The notes under the pieces are model-generated. The model was not told where the DNA came from. It worked only from the letters and a program-made list of their open reading frames with translations, and did no database searches. A program made the position numbers and the translations under genes. A stretch of 64,000 nt of DNA. It comes from Blastocystis sp. Blastoise (taxonomy: Eukaryota; Protista; Bigyra: Opalinata). The stretch lies in assembly GCA_039096225.1 (NCBI GenBank), contig JBBPEB010000002.1:1-64000 (forward strand), given 5' to 3'. Each line of letters opens with the position of its first letter. Position 1 is the first letter of the stretch. Positions 45,901 to 64,000 of this stretch are shown here, piece by piece.

Positions 45901-46402
45901 AATATATAATATATAATATATAATATATAATATATAATATATAATATATAATATATAATATATAATATATAATATATAATATATAATATATAATATATAA
46001 TATATAATATATAATATATAATATATAATATATAATAATACATAATATATATACCTTTTACTAGTATATCTGGATCTTGTGGGCATAATATATCTTTTTC
46101 TGGTAAATGATTTCTCGTTAACGTAAAATTTGTTACTTGCTGACACTTAGGGCATATATATAATCGTAATGATTCTGGCAAGAATTTTTGTTTGGAGCGA
46201 AGTCTTCGGATATACGATTGACTATCACAGTTTGTATCGATATATATGTTATTATCAGATTTGACAATATTACAGACAGACATAAAAGATTCTAGTATAT
46301 TGTGAAATTTTTCATAGGGTAATTCTTGTTTTACCCATAACTTATAAGCCTCCATTTCAATTTCGTCTTTTACCGTGTTACAAGTGAAATTTTCGTTTGA
46401 TT
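42946..46402 (-). CDS. CMC (EnSpm/CACTA/Mirage)-type DDE transposase, spliced
   Basis: Motifs LTSDGISVF, SSYPI, GDYPAVSK, YPCRFCE, LDPMHLL, MHSIKHL, GSLYYTSTWEAER. GT-AG intron 46054-45666 joins in frame (LVK/DIYHT). Terminal exon 43056-42946 is open; further 5' exons likely. Confidence 0.8.
45666..46054 (-). repeat. (ATATA)n microsatellite forming a 389-bp intron
   Basis: Near-pure pentamer repeat between GT and AG; explains the YII/YIL runs in the ORF track. Confidence 0.9.
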
Positions 46403-46765
46403 CCTATGTAATACAAAAATTGTTTTAAAAATATTATTATTATGTTATATACTGATATATTCATTAGTGTCGAAAAAAGCTTATTTAGACTGCTGTCTTC
46501 ACTATCTCCTATATGAAAAATTATTATATCCATTTTTCATTAAGCGTTTAAATAGTATTTTAATTAATTTTAAAAAAATTGTAAAATTACAAAACAAATA
46601 ATATATATTAAGATTTAGGTATGTAGAAGCATATATATAGAAATATGAAATGCTAACATACTTATTATATTGTTGAAATTAGGAGTTAACAAATTATTAC
46701 TAATAGTATTTAACTCGTTGGGATTGGCATCATTCTGAATAATAAATGATGTATCGATTAGACCT

Positions 46766-47000
46766 AAATATATTTATACAAATATATTTATACAAATATA
46801 TATATAGAAAAATATTTATAGAAATATATTTATAGAAAAATATTTATAGAAATATATTTATAGAAATATATTTATAGAAATATATTTATAGAAATATATA
46901 TATCTAGAAATATATATTTAGAAATATATATAGAAATGCATTTATAGAAATATATATTTAGAAATATATCTAGAAATATGCACATAGAAATATATATGCA
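46766..47000. repeat. ~14-bp minisatellite (ATATATTTATAGAA)n
   Basis: Tandem, slightly degenerate copies. Confidence 0.85.
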
Positions 47001-47618
47001 TATATTTTAGAAATTAATCTTGATATTCTTTTATATATAAAAGAATTTATAGATTATAATATTATTTGATAAAGAATGTAAAACATTTTATAATTAATGA
47101 TTCGAAAGGGAATAGAAAAACTTTTACAGAGAAAATATCAAAATAATACATATATATACTTCTATGTGATTCATGTAATCTGATCTGTATTGAATTCGTA
47201 GTATTGCATTCTGATGATATAATATCTATATATAGTAAAAGATTATTAATAAGCATATATACGTATAGCAGATTTCTTCCTGTGTGCATAGAAACGTTTC
47301 AGCGTTGTTTGTTTCATTACATAAAAACCAAGGAAGAAAATTGTTTAAATATTAAAATTTATTTAGAAATATATATTAAATATAATCTATATTGTTTGGT
47401 ATTCACTGTTCTTATGATAGATTGATTATATTTATTTTTTAAGAGAAAATTTAAAAATAATTATAAAAATAATAACCTTAATTCTATCTTCTAATCATGG
47501 GAATATTCTTTTAGAGTACTTAAATACCAAAATTATTCGATATTTGATATTAAAAAAATATTTTATTTAATTTTTTGTATTTTCTGAATATATAAGCATA
47601 TATACTTATAGGGATTAA

Positions 47619-48690
47619 ATGGAGTTTAACACGCCTCAAGATTCCAGCCAAATAGATACTTTTCTTACATCTCCGGATGATGATAGTATCTCGGCTGACA
47701 GTATTATCCCGAATAATCAAAATGAAACTACTCGAGATGGTCGGCTACAGAGTCTACGCCAATTACGGATCAAAACTCTAAGTGAAGTCGAATCGTTTTT
47801 CACTTATTATGAAAAACTAATAAATGGAGGTATGTTTGAAATATTTATAATTATTTATTTATATAGAACAATCTCGTCTTGAATGTAGTAGTGATGTCGA
47901 AATACTCCTTCGAAAGTTATGTATAAAATCATTCGGTTTTGTTACGCCCAAACTGGTTACCAGAGAAATTATTTATGTATATATATATATCATAATATCA
48001 AAATTTATATATATTTATATTATATGTATATTTATATAGAAATTTCTTGATTTGATTCCTCTCGTGATTTCACAATCCGAGAGAGAATCAGCGTTATCGA
48101 TGTGGGAGAAAGGTCCTAGAGGCTACAACATCTCTACACGTCATCCTTTGTTTACTAAGATTTGTAGCATTACTTTGAATGCGACTACAAAAATAGATTC
48201 TTCCTACAAATATGACCCTTTCAGTTTGGAACTGGCAATAATAGTCTCCTTTCGAAACAAAAAAAACAAAAGAAATCTTATGAAATATTTCAAGGTTGTT
48301 CCTATTACTGAGATCGATGCAAATAGTATTATGAATAGTGAATACGATGATATATTTGTAAGTAAATTCTTTTATACTTTTATATTAATATTAAAGTTAT
48401 ATATACTTATTTATATATGTTTATTAATATTATATTAATATATATACTTATTTATATATGTTTACTAATATTATATATATATATACTTATTTATATATGT
48501 TTATTAATATTATATATATATATATAATATTTATTTATATTATATTTTATTTATATTATATTTTTATAGAAATACCGATATCGAGCATTACCTGTAGTTG
48601 AAGATATTTTTGGTCTTAAACAAGATCAAAAGAAATTGTATGAAATATTATATTCTTGCTATATTAACTATTCTGATATAAACCAATAAT
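47619..48690 (+). CDS. Spliced hypothetical gene divergent from the transposase (possible accessory gene of the CMC element)
   Basis: Exons at about 47619-47829, 47867-47977, 48040-48357 and 48570+ with GT-AG introns; CpG-rich codons like the transposase. Confidence 0.5.
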
Positions 48691-49500
48691 ATTGTACATA
48701 TATATATATATACAATATTATATTATATTCTATATTACTATACATATAAATGTATAAATATATATATATAAATCAATAAATTATTTATATCTTGTTATCA
48801 TTATTGTTTAAAATAACTGTTATTACAATGATTATTCTATTATAATTAGTTTTGTTTCATGCATTGCTAAATGTAGTTTTTACTGGATATATGCTGATTT
48901 TTTCTAATCTAAATTTTATTCTAATATACATAAACAATCCATTTAAAAGTAATTTAAGCATTTATTATTTAAATAAATACACATTTTCACAATTGCCCAA
49001 CATGTAATTCATTATGAGACAATATGCTATTTCTCAGTGTATTCATTTACTTAATATAAAAAATATCAAACTAAATTTACAAGGAATCTATATTCCAAAA
49101 TTTATAAGAGAATTGTCAAAAAAAAAAGAAAAATAAAAAAAAATAAGTTAATAATTTTATTATTTTAATTTTTCTTTGAATCGAGTCAATATGAATATTC
49201 TGCTCTTATTTCTGTCAGTATAGGAATTATTTAATATAGAAAATATGATTTAAAATTTATTTTCGTAGGATTTGCGTTGGAAATGTTTGGTCATCTTCAA
49301 AAAAATAATATAAGGTTGTGTTCAAATCAATATACAGATTTGTAATATAATGTAATTATTTAATTCTATGTTGTTTATAGAATTGCTTAACCAGAAAATT
49401 TAGACATTTCTGTTTTCTTTAATAAGGAAATATAACGAAAATAACCGAGTAGTTATTTTCTTTTCAAAACAAAAAACAAGAATATTTGTAACTTAATCTT

Positions 49501-49642
49501 GGCGTAATTCACACTCAGCATAGTAGAAGGTGTTTTCTTTAGAGTATGCATAGTAGACCAGGCCAATAGGCGGGTAGCCTATTGGCCATACTATGCTGAG
49601 CATGAATTTTTTCGTCATACTATGCTGAGCATAAATTATCCC
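49501..49642. mobile_element. 142-bp MITE with 10-bp TSD (Mutator-like)
   Basis: ACTTAATCTT at 49491-49500 and 49643-49652; 25-bp TIRs (20/25 match, core CTCAGCATAGTA); central GGCCAATAGGC/GCCTATTGGCC hairpin. Confidence 0.8.
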
Positions 49643-49944
49643 ACTTAATCTTCGATTATTTTTCTTACCTATAGTTTGGTATTATCATGTAATTAGTATC
49701 TACAGTTTGTTTCCTGAATGGACTATGTATGTCTCTTTTATATTTATTTATTCATTTTTTGTTTTGAGTAAATATAAATTTTTTAGATTTTTTAGAATTA
49801 GTCTTATTCAAAATTAAATAAGTTTCTACGTTACTAAATGAGATGAAATCATTGTTGGAATGATCCTATAAAGTCAAAATTACTTTCTGGATACAATTAT
49901 TATTTAATTTGTTTGTATATTTAATTTATTTGTAACTGTATAGA

Positions 49945-55800
<5,856 letters not shown>

Positions 55801-58800
55801 ACAGTATATATATATTATATTAAATTACACATAGTTTTATAATCACTTTATATAGGATAAGAAAGAGGTTTCATACATATATACATACATATTAAATATA
55901 CTATGATGATTAATTTCTATATACATATTTTATGTATATAATGATGATTAATTTTTATATACATATTACCTATTATCTTTTTTTACATTTTATTATATTA
56001 TATTTAGTTATTAAGTATTCTTTTTATTTGTGGATAGCTTACAATGCATTATTGTAAAGAATTCTTTACAAATAACAATAAAATGGAATACACATTAATC
56101 TGTTTTTGTGTTTTTATTAGATTTTATTATTTATTATGTTGATAACGACATTCAAACCTTCTCAACTCATTTACTCACTTATATTATCAACAATTCGTTG
56201 AAATAGAATATATTATAATAAAAATGTTTGTAAAATGTGAATTATGACTTTATAAACAACTATGTCAAATGTATATCTTTATTCACTATGACATTCACAT
56301 TATGAATCAAATACTATTATATAAGTCTAACTCATAAATACTCTTAATTGAAATTATAGTTTGTTAAAATAAGTTTATTTTTGTTCTATTCAGTCTGAAA
56401 ACGTGTTGTAATGAAGTAATTTAGCTTAATACACATAAATAACATTTATAAATGAATTTTACACAAATGCACTTTTTAGAAGAGAAACAGGGAAAATTTT
56501 AGAGATCTAATAGCCCCTGGAAATAAAGAAATTTGTATAGACTTTTATCATAGAAAAAAAAGATTTTCTGTATTTTTTAGGGCCATCGATGTGTTTTTAA
56601 ATAAATTCTAAAAAATTTCATATTTATTTTTATTTTTAGTTGATTTACAACTGAATTTTCTATATCTTTTATAATGTATATAATATATTTTATTTATTTG
56701 ATATCATATAGGCTTACTGGTCCGTGAAAGAGCTTTAAATAGGTCCTGATTCCTCCTCATTTTTAAAGGTATGCTTCTTTTTCTTTTTTCTTTATTCTCT
56801 TTAGTTTGTCTATGAGTTCTGAAGTATGGACTAGAAGGAATCCTGTGTTTCTGAAGGTATATATTTTTAGTATTCTCTTTGTTATTATTATTTATTATCT
56901 TCTATAGGTTCCAACATCGTCTTAGGTCTCCTTGTTCAACAGCTCCATGGTTCCAAAGGTATTTTATTATATTTTTTTTTGCAATTAACTACTCTTATTT
57001 TTATATAGGTTCTAATTACTTCATGATGTCCCTCTTTGTCTACACTGTTTGGATTTGAAAGGTATATTATTATATTATATTTATTTTTATACATTTTATT
57101 TTTATAGTTGTGGTTCTTTCAATAATTGTTCTATACGTGTTTGTAAAAGGTATATATTATATATTATTATCTATTATTATTGATTCTATCATTTTCTATA
57201 TATAGTGGTCAAAAGTGGTTCCTAATTAACTCAAAACTAGTCAAAATAATTATTCTTTTATTATTTTTTATTTGTTTTAATTATTATTGTATTATTAATT
57301 GTCTTTTGTTATGTTTATATTATTATGATTACACAACTATTCAATAAATGAAAATAAAGATAAAAAATAATCAGGTAAAAACCTATTAGTGTAAAATAAC
57401 AATCTGTCTCTTGGAAATGAAAAAATCTGCCATTTTGGAATTGGAAACTATTTCCAATTCCAAAATGGAAAAATTTTCATTCACGCATTGTTGCCAATTC
57501 TATTTAGCGTTCCAGATTTTTCCCAAGAAAATGCCTGCTAGTGAAAGAAAATTAGCTACACTAAACTTTTATTTTATGCATAATAATAAAAGGAAGTGTC
57601 TATTTATAACTAATTTATATAACAGAATTGCTATTTATTCAAAACTGATAACAAAACAGCACAAATTATAAATATATACGGTTTATTTTGATAAACAACA
57701 ATTATTTTGTTCTTTATTTCTCTATTTATCCAATAAAAATTATTTTTATAAAATGTTATCCAATAAAAAAACTATTTTTTTTATTCACGGGAATTAATCT
57801 TTAAAAAAGGAGGAAAATACTATGTTTAAGAACAAATCAGAAGAAAATAAGTCATAAAAGAGACATTTTTATCAGTTTTGAAAAAAAAAACGATATTTTG
57901 CTAAAAAAAAATTAAAAAGAGACATGCTTCTCACCAAAATCGAATTTTCAGACACTTTTATCAGAACCTCTTAATATATATTATGTATTTGATGCATAAA
58001 TATTTATTCTCCTATTATTATAATATTAGTATAAATTTAAATCATTGTCTGTTTAGTTTAAAACTGATTTATATACAACCGTATGATAAATAAGTGTCGT
58101 TATTCAATTATCTAATAATTAATTTTGTGTTCTAATTATATCTATTATTTTTGATAAACTTTTAGTTAAGCAATTAAATTATATTTATTTTTTATTTAAA
58201 TCATTTATACAAGCATGTTTCTACTCTTATAAACAAGAAAAAATAATTATTTTTTAAAGAATGTACTAATTATATAAACATAAAGACATATAAATTGTCT
58301 TATTTTATGCATCACTCTATTCTTATCAATTATATCATATAATTATATCAATAGAACCTATACATGAGGGCAATTATGACTTCATTCCTTGAAAATATTA
58401 AAATTGTTTTGCCAGTGGTCTTTAAACGTCATTAATAAGAATAAATAAATGTATACAACTCATTTTAAACTCTGTTAATAGACTTTGGTTTAACAAGGAC
58501 TTTTTAGTATAAAAAAAAGAGAAAAACAGACGTTTTCATCTATCTCCTGGATTTAAATCAAATTTTAATGAAATTTTTATATATAAATAAAAAGATTCTT
58601 TTTTACCCCCACCCCTGTTTATTTTTTTTTATATTTTTCATTCTTTACATAAATATTTTTTCTATTTATATTTCAAAAATATATAATAAAGGTTCTATAA
58701 AATGTATTTTTATTATTTTATACATATAATAGTATATAGGTTTCTTTATATCATCAATATAATAAGCAAATAAATGCAATTATGGATAAGGTATATATAT

Positions 58801-60139
58801 ATTTATTCTATAATTAATTCTATAGGTTTATTATATTATTATCAACTCAAAATATCAAAAACAATAGTAATTGGAAAGGTATGTTTCTATTCATTTTTAC
58901 TAATTATATTCTAGCATCTATAGGAAGACCAAGTATCTCAACCTTGACCCATTACAAAGCTTCTTATCAATGGTATTTACTTATATTCACCTTTTATTCT
59001 TTACATTCTTATCGTTTCTTTATATATAGGTATTGAAACTTTCTGCGCTCTTATTAGAGTATTAATAGCTGTATAGATTACTCCATTACAAACTTAAATT
59101 GTTCTTCTCTTCTTCTTTTTTTTCCTTGTCTTTTTTTCTCTTTTCTTTGTTCTTTCTTCTGTATATTAATGCTTGAAAAATTATCCAATCGTTTTGTTTA
59201 TTTTAAATATGTTTTATTGGCTGATATAAAATAATATATAATTTTCATTGGGTCATTTTTAAAGACATTTTTTATATTCCCGTGAATTTATCAAATATAT
59301 TAAGGTTTTTCCCCATGCTTATAATTAAGCTGAAAGGGTTCTGATTCAGTCTGATATACAAATCTTCATTTTGGAGAGATTTTGCAAAAGAAAACTGCCT
59401 CATAGTGTTGATATGTTGTCAAGTTCATAATATAAACAAATTTACCCGTCAAAACTATTTATACGACTAACCCGTCAATAAAAGTCAATTTTATAAAAAT
59501 AAATCATTACTATTATAAAGCAAATAGGCAAAAAAATTCCCATTGGTCAGTTTTTGGAAAATGCATTTGATTGGCTACTATATACTCTAGTTTGTCGCCG
59601 CAACTCCTCTAAACTTACGGGGAGTTAACTTTTGAGTGAAACACAGTTCAATACGATATAACGTGTAGTTGTGCACCGTATATTTGGTTAAGCGATATTG
59701 TTTATAATTAAAAAGTTATTAATAAAAAAACAGAAAACATGATTTTTGAGTCGTTTTTGATTGGCTCTTTGGGATCATCCCGATAAAAATTGTTGACCAG
59801 ACAATTAAAAAATAAACATGGGGTAAACTTGATTTTTTCTCAATCCCACAATATACGTTATCCGTGTTTATTCTTTATATTTATCTATTTTTTAATACTT
59901 TTTCATATTGAACACGTGAGGCCTTAACGGTCAAATTTAGATTCTTATTTTGACATCATATTCTGATTCAGGAGGTTCAAAAACCTAGGTGTACCAATTT
60001 TGAGCTCCTGAGGACGATTTTTGAGTGATCGATATTTTCTTCGATCTTCTTATTATCGACTAATATTACAGTATTGTAATTGATAGGTCCTCAAACTACT
60101 ATAGTAGCAACATGATCTTAAAATAATGAGTTTGAGTGT

Positions 60140-61496
60140 CACAATTTTGAAAAATGTGAATTAAGTGGTCTTAGAGTGAGAGATTCAATATAATGACTTT
60201 TATTTAGTAAACTAGAGATAATACTCTATACTATGTTAAAAGGAGAGTCAAAATTATGAAGGTCAAAGTGTATGACCAAATGACAAAATGTGTCTTAAAA
60301 AGTAAAAGTGTTTGCATATGTGTTAAGAATGTTGAATAAAGTCTATTCTATGAATAAGAGCTTAAAATAAATAGTTTAAGGTTGTCAAATTTAAATAAAT
60401 GTGTAAAACATAGTCTTAAACTATGAATAAAAAATTTAGAGATATTAATTAGTATACAGCTGTAGTAGCTCTACAACATATCAAAAGTACAGTTAAAATA
60501 ATTTTTAGAGAGTGGATGTGTGAAGGGTTGTGACTATTATTTAAAATTTATTTTTACTTCAGTTTATGTTAAATCGTGAATTTCATACACTGTGGAAAAA
60601 TTGAGCCAAAAAGTCAACTCTAAGGGTCTTAAATTTTGAAAAATGTAAAAATGAGTGACTTAGATGACGAGATTCAAAATAAGAGTGTTTATTCATTAAA
60701 CTAGACTGTATGATCTATATTATGTTAAAAGAAGGGACAAAAATATTTTGATCAAAGTGTATGAGCAAATGGTAAAGTGTCTTTAAAAAGTCTAAAGTGA
60801 TGACTAATGTGCTTATAGAGTCATATAAAGTCTACTATGTAAATATTAGCTTTTAAAAATATGTTTAAGCCTTTCAATTAGTAAAAATATGTTCAAAGAG
60901 AGTCATAAAATGAGAGTTTTAAGAAACGAGATATTGTTCAGTATACACTAAGAGACACTCTACAACATATCAAAAATATAGCAAAAACTATTTTTAGAGA
61001 GTGGATGTGTAAAGGGTTGTGAGAGTTATTGAAAAAATATTTTTACTTCAGTTTGTGTAAAATCCTGTTTTTGGAACACTGTAGAAAAATTAACTTCAAA
61101 AATCAACTCTAAGGGTCTTAATTTTTAAAAATGTGAAAATGTTTGACTTAGAGGACGAGATTCAAAATTCCCCCTCACTTTTATATAACTAGACCACACA
61201 CTCTATATTATGTCAAAAGGAGAGACGAAAATATTTTGGTCGAAGTAAATGAGCAAATGCAAAAGGTTTACGAAATGTCTTAAAGTGATGACCAATGTGT
61301 AGCTATGGTCTTATTAAGTATAGTGTGTAAATATTAACTCTTAAAAATGAGTTTAAATGTCTTAACTTTTCATAATGTGTCAAAAAGGGTCTTTAAGAAA
61401 GAGATTCAAAACATTTGCTATTATTTAATAAATAGTATGATAAACTCTATACTATATCAAAAGACTGAAGGAAATTATTTTGATATAGTGGATCTT
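60140..61496. repeat. Diverged ~489-bp tandem repeat (about 2.8 units), truncated by PLV copy 2
   Basis: GAGATTCAA at ~60180, 60669, 61158; CTACAACATATCAAAA at ~60471 and 60960; third unit breaks after AGTGGAT at the TIR. Confidence 0.85.
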
Positions 61497-62437
61497 ATTC
61501 TTCCGTTCTTCGAACTGCAGAAGGGGGTATGCAAACCCCGCATAGAGTCTGCGCGACGCGCGCAGCCATAAGCGGGGAAGTCATCCCCCCTTTTTGTTCT
61601 CGACGGAAGAATTAATAACATTTCTGAAGTAAAATAACCATGGGAGTGTAGGGTAGTGTGTGTGTGTATTTATTTTTCCCCATGTTTATTTATTTTTAAT
61701 TTATTTGTGTTCCGATTCCAACGTGAAACGTAAAGTGATCAAGGAGAAACTCATAGTAATCATAAAAGAAATAAAATACACACTCACACCCTCCCCTTTA
61801 CAGGAAATATTCATGGGAAATGGCTCCATCGTTGGTAAAGTGAGTAAAATAATCACGGGAATACAGAAAGAAATACGAAAAGAAGCACAGAATGTGCTAA
61901 ATAAACACACACCCCGACCCTCCCTTTATATAGAGAAAAGATGAAATGGATGGTTCTATCTAAAAAGAAATAATAGAAATAATCACGGGAATATATAAAA
62001 ATAAAAATGTATGTATAGTGATCAATAAATAATATAAAAAGTCATGATAATCATAAAAAAATTTATATAAAAAGAGTAAAGTGATCAAGGTATGTATTTA
62101 TAGTGGGTGAAAGAAAAGCTGGTGGTGGTGTGGTCTTGTAAAAAGATGTACCCACCACCACGATTATAACGAGAGACTTTTGGAAACAAGGGTGACCGTT
62201 ATGGAAATAGGATGCGTCATCGTGAATTGTCCAATCAAATTGCTTAAAAATGTAAAAATGAGGGATTTTGGAACACAAAAACATAATTATATTGGGGAAA
62301 CTGGGGAAACTAATTGTGTTCCAGTGGTTTTAGGTGGCGGGATGTATATCAATTTTCTAGAATATTCTAGAACATTCTCGAAACTTCTAGAATAATAAAT
62401 TGTATTATGCGTTTTTTCTATTTTTATACTATTTATT

Positions 62438-62608
62438 ATGGATTCTCCAAAGCAATTTGCTCCAGATTATAAAGAAGGTACTTGGAAACCTTATGGAAAT
62501 TTTGAAGTTGATGAATTAAGTGATAGTGATTCTGATATGGACAGTTTTCATACTGTAAGTGAAGATGATGAATATGAAGATTATATCAAGAATTTTATTG
62601 ATTTTTAA
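62438..62608 (+). CDS. Small acidic protein, orthologue of 17892-18059 (56 aa)
   Basis: MDSPKQFAPDYKEGTWKPYGNFEVDELSDSDSDMDSFHTVSEDDEYEDYIKNFIDF*. Confidence 0.75.
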   Translation: MDSPKQFAPDYKEGTWKPYGNFEVDELSDSDSDMDSFHTVSEDDEYEDYIKNFIDF

Positions 62609-62676
62609 ATTAATTTTTATAAATAACAAAACAAATTGTTTAGTTTAAAAATAATAATAAATAAAATAAATTAAAA

Positions 62677-64000
62677 TTAACTAATGTTTCTGCGTTTATT
62701 TCTAAATTTCTTAGGTGTTGTAGTACGTCTTTTTCTACGTAATCCATGTCCTGCAATATAAAATTTATTTCCTTCTCCATCATCACATGACTCAAAATCA
62801 TCATCATCATCATCATCTTTATTTTTATTATTTTTATTTTCAAGAGTAACATTTGATACTGGATTGGGAATCGGGGCTACCGGTGTAATGTTTGGAGAGA
62901 AATTGTTTTTGACTACTTGGGACATTGGAATGGTGACAGGTAAAGGAGCAGTAGGATCGTTCATACGAGGAATTAAATCTATTGGTCTTGATTCATTTAT
63001 ATCAATATTATGAATATTTTCTAATGTTACAGGGGGACTTGGTGAAGGAATTAAAATATTATCATCATTATTATCGCCTAAAGGGAAGATTGGTGAAGGA
63101 GTAATATCTTCATTTAAATGAGGGATTGGTGAAGGACTTGGAACATCACCAATATCTATTTCTAATGGATTCTCATCTTGTAATAATTGTTGTTCTTCAG
63201 GACGTTTACCAAAATAATAATCAGAGAAACTATTAAATGTATCTTTAATATACGAACCTATTTTATTTGCACCATCAACCAATTTATTTGCTGTTTTTTT
63301 AGCAACATTAACAACAGGTTTTGCTGTATTTGTTACAGTATTAACAACTTTTTTAACAAGTGTTGGATCTGCTGCATATCTAATATAATCTTCATGGAAT
63401 GTTGGCGTTATTTTGTTTAGATAATCACGTCTTGCAAGAACTTCACTAACTGAATCTTTATTAGAAAAATGGGCTTCAGGATAATAAAGATCAGCTAATT
63501 CTTTATTCTTTTTCTTAGCTTCATTATTATTAGATATTTTCCAATTATCATACAAATTATTTCTATCACTCACAATTTTTCCTTTAATATCGTTAAATCC
63601 TTCTTGTGGATCAATATTAATATCTTTCCACCATTTCTTAAGATCTTTAAATTTATCTGCACCATAATCAACTGCACTACTTATTCCATGAGTGATATTA
63701 TGAATGCCTCCAGTTAAATTATTAGCAACACTATATACATCACCAACAACACCAAAAACATTTCCGAATAAATTACCTCCTCTTGAATATAAATATCCTT
63801 CGCGATCTCTTCTAGTAAAATCAATAGCTTTATCAATTGTACGAGGATTTAATAATCTTGAATATTTAGCATAATCAGGCATATGATGCTGTTTCATATA
63901 AGGTAAGACATAATCATGAGCATAAATGAGTTTTCTTGTGAAATTCCTTGGAATTCTACCATCAGGTAACAACCCAGATCCTTCATCTATTGGTTCAGTT
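62677..64000 (-). CDS. Orthologue of 18134-19618 (5'-truncated by window edge)
   Basis: LPDGRIP(K/R)NFTRKLIYAHDYVLPYMKQ onward is conserved; the Pro-rich middle is diverged; GHGL plus basic tail retained. Confidence 0.85.
   Translation of the reverse strand, partial: TEPIDEGSGLLPDGRIPRNFTRKLIYAHDYVLPYMKQHHMPDYAKYSRLLNPRTIDKAIDFTRRDREGYLYSRGGNLFGNVFGVVGDVYSVANNLTGGIHNITHGISSAVDYGADKFKDLKKWWKDINIDPQEGFNDIKGKIVSDRNNLYDNWKISNNNEAKKKNKELADLYYPEAHFSNKDSVSEVLARRDYLNKITPTFHEDYIRYAADPTLVKKVVNTVTNTAKPVVNVAKKTANKLVDGANKIGSYIKDTFNSFSDYYFGKRPEEQQLLQDENPLEIDIGDVPSPSPIPHLNEDITPSPIFPLGDNNDDNILIPSPSPPVTLENIHNIDINESRPIDLIPRMNDPTAPLPVTIPMSQVVKNNFSPNITPVAPIPNPVSNVTLENKNNKNKDDDDDDDFESCDDGEGNKFYIAGHGLRRKRRTTTPKKFRNKRRNIS

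Larger units (their letters stand above)
61497..64000 (+). mobile_element. Second PLV of the same family (left end; continues beyond window)
   Basis: TIR nearly identical to 17088 onward, with an extra ~140-bp block at ~62208-62345; 8-unit HSE at 62355-62392; same first two genes. Confidence 0.95.

Noticed and set aside
43078-46146. 1022-aa single-exon ORF with YII repeats
   Set aside because: The repeat part is a microsatellite intron read through; the real frame comes from splicing.

Overview
Very AT-rich, intron-containing eukaryotic (protist-like) DNA. Its centre is a complete 25.1-kb endogenous Polinton-like virus (PLV; 17088-42223, 758-bp terminal inverted repeats). It encodes an A32-type packaging ATPase, a penton, a larger frameshifted penton-like gene, two tandem major-capsid paralogues, an adenain-like protease, an AEP primase-SF3 helicase, a probable SSB and two tyrosine recombinases. 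I recognise no pPolB or RVE integrase. A second, diverged family member starts at 61497, inserted in a ~489-bp satellite, and runs off the window. The element carries several non-coding control signals. (1) A gag-pro-style -1 ribosomal frameshift cassette (A AAA AAC, 7-nt spacer, long stem) would fuse a GxG-rich core polyprotein to the protease and create an LRGG cleavage site at the junction. (2) Long arrays of heat-shock elements lie in front of replication/recombinase genes but not the capsid genes. (3) A tRNA-promoter-driven, oligo-T-terminated hairpin RNA resembles adenovirus VA RNA. (4) Each end is a 116-nt GC-rich imperfect hairpin. (5) A TTGTTTTGTT motif follows nearly every gene. The flanks hold a PH-BEACH-WD40 gene, an intron-containing CMC/EnSpm-type transposase, a hAT-like non-autonomous element, a MITE, a MULE remnant, a degenerate large host gene and microsatellites. 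All protein calls are from motif recognition by eye, not database searches.
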